Position numbers and translations under genes: made by a program
Source: an uncultured Dehalococcoidaceae bacterium
GTDB taxonomy: Bacteria > Chloroflexota > Dehalococcoidia > Dehalococcoidales > RBG-16-60-22
Length of the DNA: 32,475 nt
NCBI GenBank assembly: GCA_964514525.1
Contig: CAZEUJ010000001.1
Coordinates: 1-32,475 of the forward strand
Direction: 5' to 3'
Part shown: piece after piece, positions 1-9,455 of the stretch
Position numbering within the stretch: position 1 is the first letter of the stretch
Layout: every line of letters starts with the position of its first letter
The notes under the pieces: generated by a model
Databases searched by the model: none
Told to the model about the DNA's origin: nothing
Seen by the model: only the letters and a program-made list of their open reading frames with translations

Positions 1-844
1 TGTCGGCGATGACCGGGAAGCCCCAGTTGATGGCGCCGGCGCCGTTGGCGTACCATTCGTCGGTGACATCGCCCATGGTCATGGCGAAGGCGAAGACGCG
101 GTCTTTATTGTAAATCAGTATCTTGCGGTAGTCGCCGGCTTCAATGCCGCCGAAGGACATGGCCGCCCGGGTGGCGAAGCCCATCGCGAAGACCGTGGCG
201 CTGACATCCGGCCCGAAGGAGACCAGCCGGGTGCCCCAGCCTATCTGGACGCCCGCTTTGATGAGTTGCTCGGCGAACCTCTCGCCTTTGTGCTCGCTGG
301 CCATGAAGACGTAGAGGTTCTTTTTCTGTAGCTCTTCGGCGATGTTTTTGGCGATCTCCGGCGTGGGCGCCGCGCCGAGTATTGCGGCGAAGCCGGGTGC
401 CGTGCCATCGACGAACTCCACGCCGCGTTTCCTCATGATGATATCGTCGGCGGCGCCGAGCCAGATATTGCTATCGGTGATGTCCTCCCCCCGTACGTAG
501 AAGTTCGGGTTTTCCAGATATCTTATCGCTTCGATTATTTCCTCGGCCCAGAATGTTATCATGCCGGCGTCGAGCGTCGGCCCCAGGTAGGGCAGGTGGT
601 GCTCCGCTTTAACCGGCGGCGGCAGTAGAGCTTTACATTTTTTTAAGACCGCTTCCATGTCCCCGAGTTTTTCCACTTTCATGCCGGAGATTCCGTAGAT
701 GATGGGGAGATAATAGGCGGTATTGGGAAAGCCCACCGGTTCGTTGGCCCCCCACTTCTCCATCGCCTCCCGCCACTTTTTCTCCGCCCGTTCGACTATT
801 TTATGGGCGCCTTGGATGGCCGCCGATGCGATTATCTTGGACAT
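1..844 (-). CDS. acsB: Acetyl-CoA synthase catalytic subunit (AcsB of CODH/ACS), N-terminal ~281 codons; gene runs off the left edge
   Basis: Not in the ORF track because it is open at the window edge. Hand translation of the minus strand from ATG 844-842 gives MSKIIASAAIQGAHKIVERAEKKWREAMEKWGANEPVGFPNTAYYLPIIYGISGMKVEKLGDM...EEIIEAIRYLENP...INWGFPVIAD. This is collinear with the Moorella-type AcsB N-terminal domain as I remember it (GYPDTAYYLPVI, EIIEALRYL, GFPVI). GAGGAGG SD at 853-859. Start lies 24 nt after the cooS stop. Confidence 0.85.
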   Translation of the reverse strand, partial: MSKIIASAAIQGAHKIVERAEKKWREAMEKWGANEPVGFPNTAYYLPIIYGISGMKVEKLGDMEAVLKKCKALLPPPVKAEHHLPYLGPTLDAGMITFWAEEIIEAIRYLENPNFYVRGEDITDSNIWLGAADDIIMRKRGVEFVDGTAPGFAAILGAAPTPEIAKNIAEELQKKNLYVFMASEHKGERFAEQLIKAGVQIGWGTRLVSFGPDVSATVFAMGFATRAAMSFGGIEAGDYRKILIYNKDRVFAFAMTMGDVTDEWYANGAGAINWGFPVIAD

Positions 845-868
845 TCTTTCATCCTCCTCAATCCGTAA

Positions 869-2839
869 CTAGCCTTCCAGGTCTCTCCTCATGGCCATAT
901 CGTAAAGTATACGCTCCCTGGCTTTATCGATACCCAGGGCTTTACGCTTTTCATCGATGTGCGCAATCATCTTATGGGCGGCTTTAATTGGGTCAATTTC
1001 GAAGTCCCACATACCGCCATACTTCTTTTCCATGTCCTGGAAAAGGTAATTGGTGACTTCCTTGCTGCCTTCGGTTGGCCAGGTCACGCCGAATACAGTA
1101 TAGACCCCCGAAGCCACGAAGTACTGGCCGATGGAGATGGCTTTCTCGCTCATCCACTCCGGCGCTGCCCCGGCCACGGGTAAATCGCTGATATCGTCGC
1201 CCAGACCGCCGTCTTTGACCATGGCGGTGGCGGCTATCAGGATACGGCTGTTGTCCACGCAGGAGCCCATATGCAGCACCGGCGGTATCCCCACCGTCTC
1301 GCAGACCTCGGCCAGACCGGCGCCGGCGTATTGGGCGGCGGCTTCTGGTAACATCAGCCCCGCCATCGCGCTCGCCATGGCGCTGCATCCGGTCTGGATG
1401 ACCAGGACGTCGTTCTTAATGAGTTCTTTGACCATGGCGATGTGTGCCTGGTTGTGCTCCCAGCGGGCGTTATTGCAGCCGACCACCCCGGCCACGCCAC
1501 GGATACGCCCGTTGATGATATTGTCGTTCAGCGGTCGGTAGGAAGCCCGGAACAGCCCGCCCAGCAGGTAGTTAATGGTCTCATGGGAAAATCCCGCGAT
1601 GAGGTCATGCTTATCCTGAGGTATATGTATATTCTTGCCACGGTTGGGGAAGGCTTCGATGGCGGCCCTGACCACCGCTTTAGCGCCAGTCAGCGCGTCA
1701 TGCTCGTTGAATTCGATGTGTAAAGCCCCCCTTATTTTAGCTTTGGGGGAGGTGGTGATTATTTTCGTGTGGTAGCATTGGGCTATGTCCGGCAGGGATT
1801 CCATAATGCACTGGACATCTACCACCATGGCATCGACGGCGCCGGTGACCAGCGCCAGCTCCTGCTGGAGGAAATTGCCGGCCAGAGGCACGCCGTGGCG
1901 CATAAGAATCTCGTTAGCGGTACAGCAGATGCCGCCCAGGTTTATCCCCTTCGCCCCTTTTGACTTCGCCAGCTTTATCATCTCCGGGTCATTAGCCGCG
2001 GCGACAATCATCTCGGAAAGCAGCGGTTCGTGGCCGTGGATGATAACATTCACCTCGTCTTCCTTCAGGATGCCGAGGTTTACCTGGCTCAGGACCGGCG
2101 CCGGTGTGCCGAACAGTATATCCTGCAGGTCGGTGGCAATCATACTGCCGCCCCACCCGTCGGCTATCGACGCCCGGACGCCCTGTGTGAGCAGGTTCTC
2201 GTAGTCCTGGTCGACCCCCATGTGCGTGCGGTGCATTATTTCCACGATTTCCCTATCAATGCCCCGCGGCATGACCCCCTGCTGCCGCCACACCTCCTGG
2301 CGCTTTAAAGGCGCCCTCTTCGTGAACAGTAGTTCGCCTTCCTGCTTGCCGAACTCGGCCAGGGCTTTTTCACCGATTTCCACCGCAATCTCTTCGTTGC
2401 TGCGGCTGCCGATTTCGATCCCCCATTCAAGAGCCAGCGCCAGCAGTTTTTGCTCGTCCCTTATCTTGTAGCCCGGGGCGGCTCCCCTGGCTACGGCAAT
2501 AAAGAGCTCGGCTACCCCCCGCCCGTGGTCGGAGTGAGCCGCCGCCCCGCCGGCAATCATCCGGATGAAGTTGCGGGCGGCGATAGTCTCGGCGGTAGCG
2601 CCGCAGATACCCCGTCTCTTCTTTTTCTCCTCGGGGGTCTCCTGCTTGCCTTTGGCCAGGGGTATCCGGCAGGGCCCCATGCCGCAGTTCTTGCAGCAAC
2701 TTCCCACCGCACCGATCGGGCAGGGCTTCAGGCTTTCGGCGCGGTCAAAAGCGGTATTGACCGCATCGGCGCAGGCTTTGTCTATTAGTTCCAGACTCGC
2801 TTTGTCGATGGTTTTCTTTTTCTTTTCTTCTTCGGCCAT
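869..2839 (-). CDS. cooS: Ni-Fe carbon monoxide dehydrogenase catalytic subunit (CooS/AcsA)
   Basis: 656-aa ORF. N-terminal Cys cluster motifs CPIGAVGSCCKNCGMGPCRI are typical of anaerobic CODH. Length and downstream motifs (HGHEP, CCTANE, GSCVDNSR) fit CooS. Immediately upstream of acsB. Confidence 0.9.
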   Translation of the reverse strand: MAEEEKKKKTIDKASLELIDKACADAVNTAFDRAESLKPCPIGAVGSCCKNCGMGPCRIPLAKGKQETPEEKKKRRGICGATAETIAARNFIRMIAGGAAAHSDHGRGVAELFIAVARGAAPGYKIRDEQKLLALALEWGIEIGSRSNEEIAVEIGEKALAEFGKQEGELLFTKRAPLKRQEVWRQQGVMPRGIDREIVEIMHRTHMGVDQDYENLLTQGVRASIADGWGGSMIATDLQDILFGTPAPVLSQVNLGILKEDEVNVIIHGHEPLLSEMIVAAANDPEMIKLAKSKGAKGINLGGICCTANEILMRHGVPLAGNFLQQELALVTGAVDAMVVDVQCIMESLPDIAQCYHTKIITTSPKAKIRGALHIEFNEHDALTGAKAVVRAAIEAFPNRGKNIHIPQDKHDLIAGFSHETINYLLGGLFRASYRPLNDNIINGRIRGVAGVVGCNNARWEHNQAHIAMVKELIKNDVLVIQTGCSAMASAMAGLMLPEAAAQYAGAGLAEVCETVGIPPVLHMGSCVDNSRILIAATAMVKDGGLGDDISDLPVAGAAPEWMSEKAISIGQYFVASGVYTVFGVTWPTEGSKEVTNYLFQDMEKKYGGMWDFEIDPIKAAHKMIAHIDEKRKALGIDKARERILYDMAMRRDLEG

Positions 2840-2859
2840 TTTCTTCCGCCTCTCTTTTC

Positions 2860-3801
2860 TTATTTAGCGGACAGGTCCGCTATCATTTCTTTGACCAGTT
2901 TTATCGCTTCCGGGTGTCTCATTATCAGTACATCGGCCCCGGCCAGGAGCAGTATCATGGCGGACATCGCTTCGAGCAGTATGCCCCGCTTTTTCGGGTC
3001 TCCCATTTTGGGGTCGTCTTTAATTTTAGCTTCTTTGGTCTTCCAGACCTCTTTAGCGAGGTTGCAGATGATGGGGAACTGTAATTTGGTGTCCTGCTGG
3101 GTGAGCGCCGCCATGCGCATCCTCTCCATGACCGAGAAGCAGTACTCGATGCCGTAGCCGATGCTGCTGACGGTGGGGTCTATAACGAGCTGGCTGTCCT
3201 GTACCCCGAGGTTGCCCAGCAGGATATTTAGCTGCTTGGCCAGGTTGATATCGATGGGGGTGGCCGCGACGACGGTATGTTTATAGCCGATGGCCGCGGC
3301 GCCGATTTTCTTATGGTCGGCCTCCTCGACGGGCCCCAGGATCAGGTTCTTGTCCTGGCATAACTCCGCCGCTGCTCTGAGGACCTCAGTATCTTTATCG
3401 TGATTGGCGGTGCCCCAGACGATTAAGGGCACGTCGATAGCGTCAGCTACCTTTTTAACTATCTGTGCCGCTTCATTGGCGGGACGGTTTTTTCCGTTGG
3501 GGTCGGTACTGAGGAGCTGGAGGCAAATCATCTCCGCCCCATAATCTTTAATGCACTTCTGCGCCCACGCCACGGGGTCGCCGGTGACTCCGGCGAAGGG
3601 TTCTAGGGCGGCTTCCGGCCACTCCTCGGGGGGCATATCGTAGACCTCCATGGCTACCCTGGGGAGGTTCGGCATTTGCCCCTCGAAGAGGTAGAACGGA
3701 TAGGCCGTTTCCCCCCCGACGGTTACCGCTTTGTCCCCCTTGCCGAGCTTTATCTCTTTGATTTTCCCGCTGTAGGCGGTTTTAGGTATCTCAAATGCCA
3801 T
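2860..3801 (-). CDS. acsD: Corrinoid iron-sulfur protein small (delta) subunit, AcsD
   Basis: ORF track gives 2860..3852. I place the start at ATG 3801-3799 (MAFEIPKTAYSGKIKEIKLG...) because GGAGG sits at 3806-3810 and the upstream 17 codons overlap the preceding small ORF. Collinear with Moorella AcsD from memory (VGGxxAxPFxxFEG, WAQKC, YGAxxIxL, INxxKQLNIL, IDPxxxxxGYGIEYxFSxMER, LMRHPEA). Confidence 0.85.
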   Translation of the reverse strand: MAFEIPKTAYSGKIKEIKLGKGDKAVTVGGETAYPFYLFEGQMPNLPRVAMEVYDMPPEEWPEAALEPFAGVTGDPVAWAQKCIKDYGAEMICLQLLSTDPNGKNRPANEAAQIVKKVADAIDVPLIVWGTANHDKDTEVLRAAAELCQDKNLILGPVEEADHKKIGAAAIGYKHTVVAATPIDINLAKQLNILLGNLGVQDSQLVIDPTVSSIGYGIEYCFSVMERMRMAALTQQDTKLQFPIICNLAKEVWKTKEAKIKDDPKMGDPKKRGILLEAMSAMILLLAGADVLIMRHPEAIKLVKEMIADLSAK

Positions 3802-3815
3802 TTTGCCTCCTTCGC

Positions 3816-4034
3816 TTAAGCGGGGTTTTTCCTCTTTTCGCTGCCGAACCATTCGCTGCTGTACCAGTAGCGCTCGCCGGATTTCAGGTATTTGAGCTTT
3901 TCATCACGGCTTTCCAGCTTCTGACGCCACCTGCCGGCGTCTTCTCCCTTGGGCTCGCCAGCTTCATAGGTTTCGCCCAGGATGTCCACCTGGCCCCGCC
4001 CCGGGGCATCCTTTCTTTCTATTTTCCCCTCCAT
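3816..4034 (-). CDS. Hypothetical small charged protein (72 aa), no family recognised
   Basis: ORF packed between the folD stop (4050) and the acsD start (3801). GGGGGA SD-like element lies 4 nt upstream of the ATG (reverse complement AAGGGGGAAATATG). No Cys. K/E/R/D-rich with an aromatic C-terminus RYWYSSEWFGSE. Confidence 0.5.
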   Translation of the reverse strand: MEGKIERKDAPGRGQVDILGETYEAGEPKGEDAGRWRQKLESRDEKLKYLKSGERYWYSSEWFGSEKRKNPA

Positions 4035-4049
4035 ATTTCCCCCTTTTAT

Positions 4050-4937
4050 TTATTTCAGGCTGGCCGCGAGTTTGGCGGCCTTGACCGTGTTAATCATGAG
4101 CATGGTTATCGTCATCGGCCCCACTCCTCCCGGGACGGGCGTTATGGCCCTGGCTTTCTGGCTGACCGATTCGAAGTCGACGTCCCCGACGAGGATCCTT
4201 TTACCGTCGGCGGTCTTGCCGATTTCGTTCACGCCCACGTCGATGACCGTGACGCCTTCCTTGACCATGTCTCCGGTGACGGCCTTGGCTTTGCCGGCCG
4301 CCACGATGAGGATATCCGCTCTCCGGGTGTGGAAGGCGATGTCGCGTGTTCTGGTGTGACAGACGGTGACGGTGGCGTTGGCGCCCGGCGCTTTTTGCAT
4401 CAGGATATTAGCAATGGGCTTGCCGACGATATTACTGCGGCCGACCACCACCACTTCGGCGCCTTCGATTTGTGTGCCGGAGCGAATCAATAGCTGCTGG
4501 ATGCCGGCGGGCGTGCAGGGCATGTAGTCCGGCTCGCCGATCATCAGTTTGCCTACGTTTACCGGGTGAAAACCGTCGACGTCTTTCTTGGGGTCGATGG
4601 TGTAGAGCACTTCTTCTTCGTTGAGGTGCTTGGGCAGCGGCAGCTGTACCAGTATGCCGTGGATCTTGGGGTTATTATTGAGTTTACGCACGAGGTCGAT
4701 GAGCTCTCTCTGGGTAGTTTTTTCGGGGAGGTCGTATCTCTCCGAGTAGATGCCCAGCTCGTTGCAGGTCTTTTCTTTGCTGCCGACGTATACCTGTGAG
4801 GCCGGGTCCGCCCCGACGAGCACCGTGACCAGCCCGGGCACGAGGTTGTGCTTCGCCTTGAGGTCGGCTATCTCTTTTTTCAGTTCTTCGCGGATCTGCG
4901 CGGCAACCTCCGCGCCTTTAATCAGCTGTGCTGTCAT
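4050..4937 (-). CDS. folD: Bifunctional 5,10-methylene-tetrahydrofolate dehydrogenase / methenyl-THF cyclohydrolase
   Basis: 295 aa. Characteristic FolD motifs: PGLVTVLVGADPASQVYVGSK, GILVQLPLP, DVDGFHP, PCTPAG, VVVVGRSNIVGKP, TPVPGGVGPMT. Confidence 0.93.
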   Translation of the reverse strand: MTAQLIKGAEVAAQIREELKKEIADLKAKHNLVPGLVTVLVGADPASQVYVGSKEKTCNELGIYSERYDLPEKTTQRELIDLVRKLNNNPKIHGILVQLPLPKHLNEEEVLYTIDPKKDVDGFHPVNVGKLMIGEPDYMPCTPAGIQQLLIRSGTQIEGAEVVVVGRSNIVGKPIANILMQKAPGANATVTVCHTRTRDIAFHTRRADILIVAAGKAKAVTGDMVKEGVTVIDVGVNEIGKTADGKRILVGDVDFESVSQKARAITPVPGGVGPMTITMLMINTVKAAKLAASLK

Positions 4938-4986
4938 TTTTCAATACCTCCTTTTCTCTTAGTTCTTGCATTGAATATTTAAAGGT

Positions 4987-5829
4987 TTACATTTCGGCGG
5001 CATTCTCGGCTTCTTCCGGCAGGGTTATGGATACCGGCTCGTTATAGTCGTATATTTTCATAACTCCGATCACATCCGCGGCATACGTATCAAACTCAAA
5101 ACCGGATGAATGCGCTAACTCATCTGATAATTCCATGAAAGCACTGATATCTATTCTCTTTATGAGCTTGGTATCTTTCGCAATCCACACAATATATTCG
5201 AGCTTTTTATATATATCGGAGATATCTGTTATTTTATCCCAATATATTTCCAAATCAGTTGTTTGTTGTTGGCTGGCATATTCGCGTAAATAAGTATCAT
5301 TCGGGGTAAATTCAATTACGTAGCATTCGGAGCCATCGAAGTCCTCGTACCTGAGGAACTGTAGACTTTCGGGTGATTCCATGGCTTTCATTTCGTCCTG
5401 TAACAGATTTACATTGAAGGCATCGAGTATTTCATTGGTAACCGGCGTTTTCATCCATTCGCCGGTCATCTCCGGCGATTCCGCTTTGACGTAAATGTAG
5501 TCTGTAAACATATACAAGTCCATGGAGACATCTTCTATTTCTAAGGACATCTTCATTTGTTCCTGCGGCCTATCGAACGTCGCTTCTATGTTCATTGGTA
5601 TCGCCCCCGATAGGGAAACGCCGTCGACTAACGTTTCGGAGGTTATATCCACGTTTAATGTGTAAGTATCTACGGCTGCCGTTACTAACAAGGTATCAGC
5701 GGCTATTTGCTGCAGTTCCTGCTCGGTCATCTCTTCCGCTGTCTGGCCTCCGCAGCCGGAAAAAGGCAGACCTGCCAGTATCGCTACCAGTAGCAGAGGC
5801 ATTATTATGATTTTTAACAACCTGGACAT
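4987..5829 (-). CDS. Secreted lipoprotein, unknown function (paralog of 5922-6818)
   Basis: Signal peptide plus lipobox (MSRLLKIIIMPLLLVAILAGLPFSGC). Shares blocks with its neighbour (DGSECYV, WIAKDTKLIK, YNEPVSITLPEEAENA.EM). Markedly AT-rich DNA. Confidence 0.8.
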   Translation of the reverse strand: MSRLLKIIIMPLLLVAILAGLPFSGCGGQTAEEMTEQELQQIAADTLLVTAAVDTYTLNVDITSETLVDGVSLSGAIPMNIEATFDRPQEQMKMSLEIEDVSMDLYMFTDYIYVKAESPEMTGEWMKTPVTNEILDAFNVNLLQDEMKAMESPESLQFLRYEDFDGSECYVIEFTPNDTYLREYASQQQTTDLEIYWDKITDISDIYKKLEYIVWIAKDTKLIKRIDISAFMELSDELAHSSGFEFDTYAADVIGVMKIYDYNEPVSITLPEEAENAAEM

Positions 5830-5921
5830 ATTTACCGCCGTGTTTTTACCTTAACGCGGAGTGCTTGATGATTATATCGCTTAATCTGTTTAAAATTTAT
5901 TTATTTTACCTTTAGCCGCTA

Positions 5922-6818
5922 CTACATCTCTACGGCGTTTTCGGCTTCTTCAGGCAGAGTTATGGATACCGGTTCGTTATAGTCTTTTATCTCCATTTTC
6001 AGGTCGAGGTCAAGCGTCATTTTATCGAAATCAGAATCGGAGGTTCCGAACTCGGCGGCATTCATTTCCATGACCATATTGATATCCAGCTTTTTAATCA
6101 GCTTGGTATCTTTCGCTATCCACGTGATATAAGACAGCTCTTTAAAAATATCCTGCAGATTACCCACTTCACTCAGGTTGAGTGCCCCCGTCATCTGTTG
6201 CTGTTCTAGCCATTCCATCATGCTTTCCAGGTTCGGGACTATTTTCAGGACGTAGCACTCTGAGCCATCGACCGATTCGTATTTGACAAACTCTATCTGC
6301 GTTGCGGATTCGAGAGGCATTAGTTGCTGGTCAACCGTATCCAGATTGTAGGCTTGCTTCATTTCTTCGGTGAGTGACGTCTTTACCCATTGTTCGCCCA
6401 TGCCGGGCACATCCATTTTCATATAAAGCGTATCTACTATCATGTATATTTCCGCGGAAATATCCTGTGGCATATCTCCGGGCTGGTCAGACAGGGCAAT
6501 GCCGCCCAGGGACATTTCAAAGTCCAACTTCATTTTTTTAGCCGCCAGGTCGGCAACGCCGCTGCTCTCCATCGTGGAGGTTATCTTGCCCGGACTGGAG
6601 CCACCGGTGGCTTCCATCGTCATGTCCATGTCCATCGAATATTTATAGCTGTTTACATTTTTCATCGCCAGCATGGAATCGCTCAGTATCTGCGACAGAT
6701 TCAGCGTGCCTGCTTCATCCGGTCCCGCGGCATTTTCCCCGCACCCGGTCAAGGACAGTCCCGCCAGTATCGCTACTAATAGCAGAGGTAATACCATGAT
6801 TTTTACCAGTCTAGACAT
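5922..6818 (-). CDS. Secreted lipoprotein, unknown function (paralog of 4987-5829)
   Basis: Signal peptide plus canonical lipobox (MSRLVKIMVLPLLLVAILAGLSLTGC). AAGGAGGT SD upstream. Same conserved blocks as its neighbour. Confidence 0.8.
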   Translation of the reverse strand: MSRLVKIMVLPLLLVAILAGLSLTGCGENAAGPDEAGTLNLSQILSDSMLAMKNVNSYKYSMDMDMTMEATGGSSPGKITSTMESSGVADLAAKKMKLDFEMSLGGIALSDQPGDMPQDISAEIYMIVDTLYMKMDVPGMGEQWVKTSLTEEMKQAYNLDTVDQQLMPLESATQIEFVKYESVDGSECYVLKIVPNLESMMEWLEQQQMTGALNLSEVGNLQDIFKELSYITWIAKDTKLIKKLDINMVMEMNAAEFGTSDSDFDKMTLDLDLKMEIKDYNEPVSITLPEEAENAVEM

Positions 6819-6836
6819 ATTTACCTCCTTACATTC

Positions 6837-7613
6837 TCACTTTATCACAACGCCGGTCCTGCTCAAAAGTCTGTCCATAAGTTTATTCACCGCCGTTACC
6901 GCCCGGGCCGTATCCGGCAGGCCGAATATCGGCTTTTGTTCCAGGTCGTATTTTTTCAGTTCTTCGTCCGCCGGTATGACGGCGGCCGGCGTTATGCCCA
7001 GCCTCCCCATCTCCCGGGTCAGCAGCGGGTCTAACTCGCCGGTGACATTATTTATGATTACCGACTCCCTTTTCACCACCAGCTTGAGTTCCTTTATCAG
7101 TTCCCGTATCCGCGCTACGGCCCTCAGGCCCTTGACCGAGTGGTCGGAGATTAACAGCATCTCGTCGATGTTCTGCGTCGTACGCCGGCTGAGGTGCTCC
7201 ATGCCGGCCTCGTTGTCCATAACGACGAAGCTGTAGTTTTTCGCCCATTCGTCGATGAGTTTCCTTATGACGACGTTAGGATAGCAGTAGCATTCCGGCC
7301 CCTCTCCCCGCCCCATCGTAATGAGGTCCAGCCCCTTGCTCTCGGTTATGGCTACGTTCAACTGGTACTCCAGGTAGGCTTCCTTGGTCGTACCCGGCGG
7401 AATTTTGAGTTTCTCCCCCTGGAACTCGTTGAGTATTCGCCCCACCGTTTGTCTCACTTCCAGCCCGAGGCTCTCGGCGAGGTTGGCGTTGGGGTCGGCA
7501 TCCACGGCCAGGACGGTCCCCAGGTCGTTCTTGAGCAGGTAGCGTATGACCAGGCTGGCTATGGAGGTCTTGCCCGTGCCTCCCTTGCCTGCTACGGCGA
7601 TGTTGATAGTCAA
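6837..7613 (-). CDS. cooC: CooC-type Ni-insertion accessory ATPase (MinD/ParA superfamily)
   Basis: 258 aa. Deviant Walker A AGKGGTGKTS. Metal-binding C-x-C motif (GPECYCYPN). DNEAGMEHLSR block typical of CooC/AcsF. Confidence 0.85.
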   Translation of the reverse strand: MTINIAVAGKGGTGKTSIASLVIRYLLKNDLGTVLAVDADPNANLAESLGLEVRQTVGRILNEFQGEKLKIPPGTTKEAYLEYQLNVAITESKGLDLITMGRGEGPECYCYPNVVIRKLIDEWAKNYSFVVMDNEAGMEHLSRRTTQNIDEMLLISDHSVKGLRAVARIRELIKELKLVVKRESVIINNVTGELDPLLTREMGRLGITPAAVIPADEELKKYDLEQKPIFGLPDTARAVTAVNKLMDRLLSRTGVVIK

Positions 7614-7631
7614 TATATCTTCCTTGTTTTT

Positions 7632-9407
7632 TTATTCTACCTCGTGCAAGCCTTTCACTTTTCCGGTCTTCACGTCCACGTCCACTTTACGGAACGCCGG
7701 GTCGGAATTGGTGGCCGGCATCAGCGAAATGTCACCCGCCATCGGGCAGAGGAACTTGGCGCCGGAGTAAATGAGCACGTCGCGGATGGGCAGCGTCCAG
7801 CCCTTGGGCACGCCCTTTATGGTCGGGTCGTGGGTAAGGCTCAGGTGCGTCTTGACCATCATCGTGGCATAGTCATCATATTTGGGGTCGGCCTCGAAAG
7901 CCTTGGCTTTTTCGGTCGCCGCGGCGTTCCAGGAGACGCCGTCGGCGCCGTAGACGATCTTGGCTATCTTATCCACTCTTTCCCTCAGCTTCATCTCTTT
8001 GGGATAGAGGAATTTAAAGTCGTTCTTCTGTTTGCAGGCTTCCTTGACGGCATCGGCCAGCTCCAGCGCGCCGGCGCCACCGTTGGCGTAATGGGTAGAT
8101 ACGGCGCAGCGGGCGCCCGCCGCCTCGGCCGCCTTGCGGACTACCGCGACTTCTTCCTTGGTGTCCGTGGGGAAGCTATTAATGCACACTACCGGATTGA
8201 TACCGGCCGTCCTGATGACGTTGATGTGATGTAACATGTTGCTGCAGCCCTTCTCGACCAGTCCTACGTTTGGCTTTTTATAGGCGTCAGGCAGGGCTAA
8301 GCCGGCGACAACCTTGGGTCCGCCGCCGTGCATCTTCAGTGATCGTATCGAGGTGGTGAGCACCGAAACTTGTGGTTTAAGTCCGCTATAGCGGCACTTT
8401 ACGTTCCAGAACTTCTCGAAACCGATATCGGCGGCAAACCCGCTCTCGGTAACATGATAGTCGAACATCTTGAGGCCGATTCTGTCGGCGATAATCGATG
8501 ACTGGCCTACGGCGATATTGGCGAACGGCCCGGCATGGACGAAGCAAGGCTGGTATTCCGCCGTGCAGCAGAGCGTGGGGTTGATGGTGTTGCGCATCCA
8601 GGCGGTCATGGCACCGGCCACTTCAAGGTTGGTGGTGGTGATGGGGTTGCCCTTCTTGTCGTAGGCTACCGTGATTTCACCGAGCCTCTTGCGCAGGTCG
8701 GCGAGGTCGGTGACGATGGACAGTATCGCCATGAGCTCCGAACTTACCGCGATGCCGAACTTGGACTGCATCATATAGCCGTCGGTCCGCTGGCTGCCCA
8801 TGCCGATGACGATATTGCGCAGGGCCTGCGCGCAGAAGTCCATAATCCAGCCCATCTCCACGCGCAAGGGGTCGATATTGAGACGGCGCATCTTGCTGAG
8901 CCTGGCGAGCTGCTCGTCGTCGTAATTACGCTCGTGCTGCATCCTGGCGGTAAGAGCGACCATCGCCAGGTTGTGGGCGTTCATAATGTCGTTGATATCG
9001 CCGGTCAGGCCCATGGAAAACTCGGTGTGCGGGATTAATAAGGCGTTGCCGCCCCCGGCGGCCGTGCCCTTTATATTCATCGTGGGTCCGCCGGAAGGCT
9101 GGCGGATGCAGCCTCCCACGCTTTCCTTCTGATAGCCCAGCCCCTCGAGAAGGCCCATCGTGGTGGTGGTTTTGCCTTCTCCCAGAGGTGTGGGCGTGAC
9201 CGCCGTTACCTCGATGTACTTGCCGTCCGGCTTGTTCTTCAGCCGGTCGATTACTTTAAGGAAGTCGATTTTGGCGACCTTCCCGTAGGCGAATATTTCG
9301 TCCTTTTTGAGTCCCAGTCTGGTACGCCACTCGTCCGGGGTGGGCATTTTCTCTTCGGCTGCTTCGGCAATCTGCCAGTCAGCCATTTTGGACACGTCGT
9401 AAGCCAC
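7632..9407 (-). CDS. fhs: Formate--tetrahydrofolate ligase
   Basis: 591 aa. [17 protein letters not shown]-loop, [36 protein letters not shown]. Collinear with Moorella Fhs over the whole length, though divergent. Confidence 0.95.
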   Translation of the reverse strand: MAYDVSKMADWQIAEAAEEKMPTPDEWRTRLGLKKDEIFAYGKVAKIDFLKVIDRLKNKPDGKYIEVTAVTPTPLGEGKTTTTMGLLEGLGYQKESVGGCIRQPSGGPTMNIKGTAAGGGNALLIPHTEFSMGLTGDINDIMNAHNLAMVALTARMQHERNYDDEQLARLSKMRRLNIDPLRVEMGWIMDFCAQALRNIVIGMGSQRTDGYMMQSKFGIAVSSELMAILSIVTDLADLRKRLGEITVAYDKKGNPITTTNLEVAGAMTAWMRNTINPTLCCTAEYQPCFVHAGPFANIAVGQSSIIADRIGLKMFDYHVTESGFAADIGFEKFWNVKCRYSGLKPQVSVLTTSIRSLKMHGGGPKVVAGLALPDAYKKPNVGLVEKGCSNMLHHINVIRTAGINPVVCINSFPTDTKEEVAVVRKAAEAAGARCAVSTHYANGGAGALELADAVKEACKQKNDFKFLYPKEMKLRERVDKIAKIVYGADGVSWNAAATEKAKAFEADPKYDDYATMMVKTHLSLTHDPTIKGVPKGWTLPIRDVLIYSGAKFLCPMAGDISLMPATNSDPAFRKVDVDVKTGKVKGLHEVE

Positions 9408-9455
9408 TTACAATCCTCCTTAAAATATTTTTTTCGTTTATTTATGCTATAACCG

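Noticed and set aside
3802-3852. 17-codon N-terminal extension of acsD in the ORF track (MVRQRKEEKPRLSEGGK)
   Set aside because: It overlaps the end of the 72-aa ORF and contains that gene's stop region. The internal ATG at 3801 has a proper GGAGG SD and matches where AcsD homologs begin.
3795-4493. 232-aa plus-strand ORF, plus the 125-aa ORF at 3982-4359
   Set aside because: Both are antisense shadows of folD and the small ORF. There are no recognisable motifs and the composition follows the opposite-strand codon bias.
7194-8234. 346-aa plus-strand ORF, the largest unexplained ORF in the track
   Set aside because: It lies entirely antisense to cooC and fhs, whose products have unmistakable motifs. 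Its translation is Gly/Arg/Val/His-rich and low in complexity, typical of shadow frames in GC-rich coding DNA. It has no SD.
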